Below, piece by piece: positions 58,671 through 61,732 of a stretch of 61,732 nt of DNA; the stretch's first letter is position 1; each line of letters begins with the position of its first letter. A program made the position numbers and the translations under genes. Under the pieces are notes generated by a model. The model was not told the origin of the DNA. It was given only the letters and a program-made list of their open reading frames with translations, and did not search any database. Source of the DNA: a virus (Duplodnaviria; Heunggongvirae; Uroviricota; Caudoviricetes); IMG/VR virus record IMGVR_UViG_2534682252_000039; one strand, written 5' to 3'.

Positions 58671-60761
58671 TCAGGCCAGCGGGTCATTTTCTTTTAATTT
58701 CGCTTCCAGCAACTGCAATCCCCGCTGGAAATTACGCTCGTATTCTTCATCAGGTTCATCGTCAGCGACCGGTTGCTGAACGGTCACCGTATTACCCACA
58801 GGGCGGTATATGTTTTCCAGCCAGGGCTCCTGCGGCTTGTGCTCCAGCACGTTGACAACCTCATCCTCGGCATCACGGATTTTTTCCTCTGCGCGTTTAC
58901 GCATGCCTTTAAGGCGTTGCTGCTGTTTGTAGTATTCCGCGCTAACCGGGAAGGCTTCGCGTTTATTACCGTCCCATACCGCCTCGCAAATCACGCTGCC
59001 ATCCAGGCGACGTACGGTAATTCGTTCGGCATCATGAATGTCATAGCTGATAAGCACCTTACGGCCATGCTCGTCACGCAGCTCGGGCGCGTAGTAAATA
59101 TTATTCAGCCAGCGTATTTCACAGCGTCTTACAGGGCGTTCCACCATCGGCCGGAACATATCCCGCAGCTCAACATCGGACAGCCATTCAATTTCCGTGT
59201 CCTCTTCCGCCAGGCGTTTTTTTCTGAACTCCGCCGGGCTGTAATGCTTGCCGTTCGGCTTCACCGGTAATTCATCGTGCGGCCGGTTGTTGTACCACTC
59301 AACACCATCACGAATGGCATCAATCAGTTCAGCCCAGGACGGTAAATCACGCATCGCTGACTGTTGCCGGGCGTTCAGCCGTTTGCCCTGTTGCAGGGCG
59401 GTAAATGCCGAGCGTAAATCGCGGTTGGTTTTGCGTAACGTCTCGCGATCTGCACCTTTCCCGAAATAGGTGCGGTATTTACGGGCTATGCGCATCGGTA
59501 ATGTGCGGTTAAGCCGTTCGATAATGCCCCGTCCCTGCGGGTTACCGGCAATCCCGGTCGGGTGATTAATCCCCAGTCGCGGCAGTATCCCCACAACCTC
59601 CTTATCCAGGATGTCGGCGGTTTCCCCGGAGCCGTTATCCGAGTAATACAGAAACGGTTTGCCGTGATGGCGAATGCCGTGCTGTATGGCACCGGCTACG
59701 GCGAAAACATTTTCAGCCAGGTCAAGGCTCCAGCCCACCACAAAGCGCGTGCCACCGTCGATAACAAAGGTCACTTCCGGTGCAAATGGCCGACCGTGAA
59801 CCGGGTGTGCGCATTTCAGCTTCATGCCGTGACCGTCACCAATCCAGACATAATTCACCGGCATTTTTGACCAGTCGCGGCGCGTGAATCCCTCAAGCTG
59901 GCGGTATTCACTGCCGGTCACCCGGCCTTTTTGTTTCACCACTTCCGGCAGTTTCTTCATTGCGCGGCGAATGGTGTCATAAGACGGCATGATATCGAGC
60001 ATATAAGGCTCATCAGCGTGCCGGTGCTGCCATTCAGCGACAAAATCCTCGTAAGCCTCGGTCATTGGTCGGCCGTTTGACTGGCGATACTGCGCCAGAA
60101 ATTCGGGCAGCCAGTTAATATCTTCGGCTTTTATTTCCTGGCGCTTACCCGGTGCCAGTAAAAGCAGGCGTTCAGCGGCGTTCTGCGCCTTGTTAAAGGC
60201 CGCAATCCAGCGTTTCAGCGTGATTTCACTTAACGCGCGGCTGTTTCCCTTTTTGGCGTTCGCCGTCTCAACCATTGCCACAATGCGCTCGTCCAGCTGC
60301 GAACGTGCCAGGTTGTCAACGATAAACCGGATAGCCTTCGCACAGCTGAAACCAGGTTGTTGCGCGACTTTCAGAACTTCGCTGACGATCGCGATTCGTG
60401 CATCAGCCACCTGGCGCTGGTTTTCAGTCAGGGCATTAAGGCGTTCGACCATCAGTTGTGGTGATCCGCGATATGCCTCCACCGCATCAACCACGGCAGG
60501 CGAGCGTCTGGCCTTTGTCACCACCGGAGCCGGTGATTCATCGACTTTTTGCGTCATCAGTTGCAGGGCGTAGCGTTCACGTAATGCCTGCTGCGTCACT
60601 TCAGGTAAACAGTCGATGCTGTATTCAGTTGCTTTAGAGCCTGAGCGACGACGGGAACAACAGCTTTTCCCTTGTACGTAACGTTGTAATGCCTGGCGAA
60701 TACCTTTTGTTGTAGCAGGCATTCCGGGCGCGCCAATCAGTTCTTTTGCAATGACATACAT
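58671..60761 (-). CDS. A: DDE transposase A (MuA-like)
   Basis: 696 aa downstream of ner; N-terminal DNA-binding region, central catalytic core. Confidence 0.9.
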   Translation of the reverse strand: MYVIAKELIGAPGMPATTKGIRQALQRYVQGKSCCSRRRSGSKATEYSIDCLPEVTQQALRERYALQLMTQKVDESPAPVVTKARRSPAVVDAVEAYRGSPQLMVERLNALTENQRQVADARIAIVSEVLKVAQQPGFSCAKAIRFIVDNLARSQLDERIVAMVETANAKKGNSRALSEITLKRWIAAFNKAQNAAERLLLLAPGKRQEIKAEDINWLPEFLAQYRQSNGRPMTEAYEDFVAEWQHRHADEPYMLDIMPSYDTIRRAMKKLPEVVKQKGRVTGSEYRQLEGFTRRDWSKMPVNYVWIGDGHGMKLKCAHPVHGRPFAPEVTFVIDGGTRFVVGWSLDLAENVFAVAGAIQHGIRHHGKPFLYYSDNGSGETADILDKEVVGILPRLGINHPTGIAGNPQGRGIIERLNRTLPMRIARKYRTYFGKGADRETLRKTNRDLRSAFTALQQGKRLNARQQSAMRDLPSWAELIDAIRDGVEWYNNRPHDELPVKPNGKHYSPAEFRKKRLAEEDTEIEWLSDVELRDMFRPMVERPVRRCEIRWLNNIYYAPELRDEHGRKVLISYDIHDAERITVRRLDGSVICEAVWDGNKREAFPVSAEYYKQQQRLKGMRKRAEEKIRDAEDEVVNVLEHKPQEPWLENIYRPVGNTVTVQQPVADDEPDEEYERNFQRGLQLLEAKLKENDPLA

Positions 60762-60762
60762 A

Positions 60763-61011
60763 TCATGACGCCTTTCTCATATAGCTCTTAACCTGGTATC
60801 GACTGGGCCAGATTTCTTCAGGCGATACCCCAAGAGCATCAGCAATTATTTGCTGATACGGTCGGCAAGGAGTACGTAATACGCTTTTCAGCGAATCCCT
60901 GCTGTAACCAGCCTTTAAAGATAAAGAGCGCAGTGATAAGCCAGCCATGTGTAAGCGCGCCTTGATGATTTCAGGCGGCCAATCGTGATCTGAAACTTCT
61001 CTTCTACTCAT
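60763..61011 (-). CDS. ner: Ner-like DNA-binding protein
   Basis: ...DWPPEIIKARL...IIADALGVSPEEIWPSRYQ matches remembered Mu Ner. Confidence 0.85.
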   Translation of the reverse strand: MSRREVSDHDWPPEIIKARLHMAGLSLRSLSLKAGYSRDSLKSVLRTPCRPYQQIIADALGVSPEEIWPSRYQVKSYMRKAS

Positions 61012-61201
61012 ACTTCCTCTATTCTAAAAAGTTACCCGCGCGGATATTCGTGCGGATATCTGCACGGGTAAATAATGCATCACTAAAAATACCAAATCAA
61101 GGTATTTTTGGTATTTTGGCTAATTTTTGCTTTTGTCCTTATTTTTCAATTGGATAAATAGAAAGAAACCTTTCCTTAGAAAAGCACCAAGAGGTATCTT
61201 T
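61012..61201. promoter_or_regulatory. Divergent c/ner control region with operator-like inverted repeat
   Basis: AAAATACCAAA-N10-TTTGGTATTTT; AT-rich; between divergent repressor and ner. Confidence 0.5.
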
Positions 61202-61732
61202 ATGTCGCAGGGAAAAGAACCTGTTATTGAACGTATTGGAATGCTTACAAAGCGCTACCCTTCAAGAAGTGCAGCTGCCAGAGCGTGGGGAATCAATATC
61301 AACACATTAAACAGCTATTTCAAGGGAGGACAAACACAACCAGCCCCCAGAGAAAGTATCCTTATACGAATTTCTGAAAGTGAAGGAGTTAGTCTTGAGT
61401 GGCTTAAAGAGGGCAAGGGTGAATCACCAAACGATGTTGGTATTTGTGGTAATTTTGGTTGTTCTGGTGATAAGGGAGATCAACTTACACAGATGCTTTC
61501 ATTCCTTACGAAAGACGAACGAGAACAGTTAACCAATCTCCTTGCTCGCAAAGGTGTAGAGACGGTTCTGACACTGCTGGATAAAGAAAACCAGGATTTA
61601 TTACAACTAGAAGGCAGGAAGCGCCTGGCTGCGTTGATGATTGTAGATATGCCAGACGATTGCGTCAGAGAGATTTTGGAAAAAACCGAGACAAGTAGGC
61701 AATCAAATCCGGTAGAATCTAAAGCGGGTTAG
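61202..61732 (+). CDS. c: Mu-type repressor c
   Basis: Divergent from ner; ATG 61202 after AGAGG (track start 61127); stop at window end. Confidence 0.7.
   Translation: MSQGKEPVIERIGMLTKRYPSRSAAARAWGININTLNSYFKGGQTQPAPRESILIRISESEGVSLEWLKEGKGESPNDVGICGNFGCSGDKGDQLTQMLSFLTKDEREQLTNLLARKGVETVLTLLDKENQDLLQLEGRKRLAALMIVDMPDDCVREILEKTETSRQSNPVESKAG

Larger units (their letters stand above)
22734..61732 (-). mobile_element. Mu-like transposable prophage, reverse orientation; right end near 22734, left end beyond window
   Basis: Complete Mu-type gene order c, ner, A, B ... gin, com, mom with matching protein sizes. Confidence 0.85.

Noticed and set aside
1-61732. CRISPR arrays, tRNA or rRNA genes
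   Set aside because: No regular repeat-spacer arrays or cloverleaf-like sequences noticed by eye; a tRNA scan was not possible.

Overview
The window appears to be an Escherichia-type chromosome segment made almost entirely of two adjacent prophages, separated by about 1.1 kb of host DNA. (1) Positions 1 to ~21,586 are the right arm of a lambdoid-type prophage whose junction lies in the 5' end of wrbA (only the first ~18 codons of wrbA remain). It carries tail/host-recognition genes, lom, a hokA-like toxin ORF not in the ORF track, a five-gene operon ending in a 2,806-aa giant protein with an HEWFH zincin-like motif, and a leftward moron block (YgiW-like, hokD-like, DUF551/Ea22-like, TraR/DksA-like, AntA-like). 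(2) Host remnant: wrbA 5' fragment, a short ymdF-like KGG-repeat ORF, and the 3' part of an NCS2 permease (rutG-like). (3) Positions ~22,734 to 61,732 are a Mu-like transposable prophage in reverse orientation, which has interrupted the permease gene; its left end lies beyond the window. Gene order matches Mu: c, ner, A, B, early accessory genes with gam, gemA, mor/C, SAR endolysin and spanins, terminase, portal, F, G, I, T, sheath, tube, tape measure, N, P, baseplate, tail fibre S, a Gin-type invertible segment, gin, com, mom. Non-Mu features are a ~3.3 kb cargo between gin and com-mom encoding a SASA/SGNH carbohydrate esterase, an invertible segment with only one tail-fibre chaperone, and an AT-rich accessory cluster in the early region. 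No rRNA, tRNA, CRISPR array, tyrosine integrase or stx genes were seen. All protein identities are from reading motifs and remembered family sequences, not database searches. CDS coordinates follow the ORF track; coordinates of sites I located by hand are approximate (about +/-3 nt).
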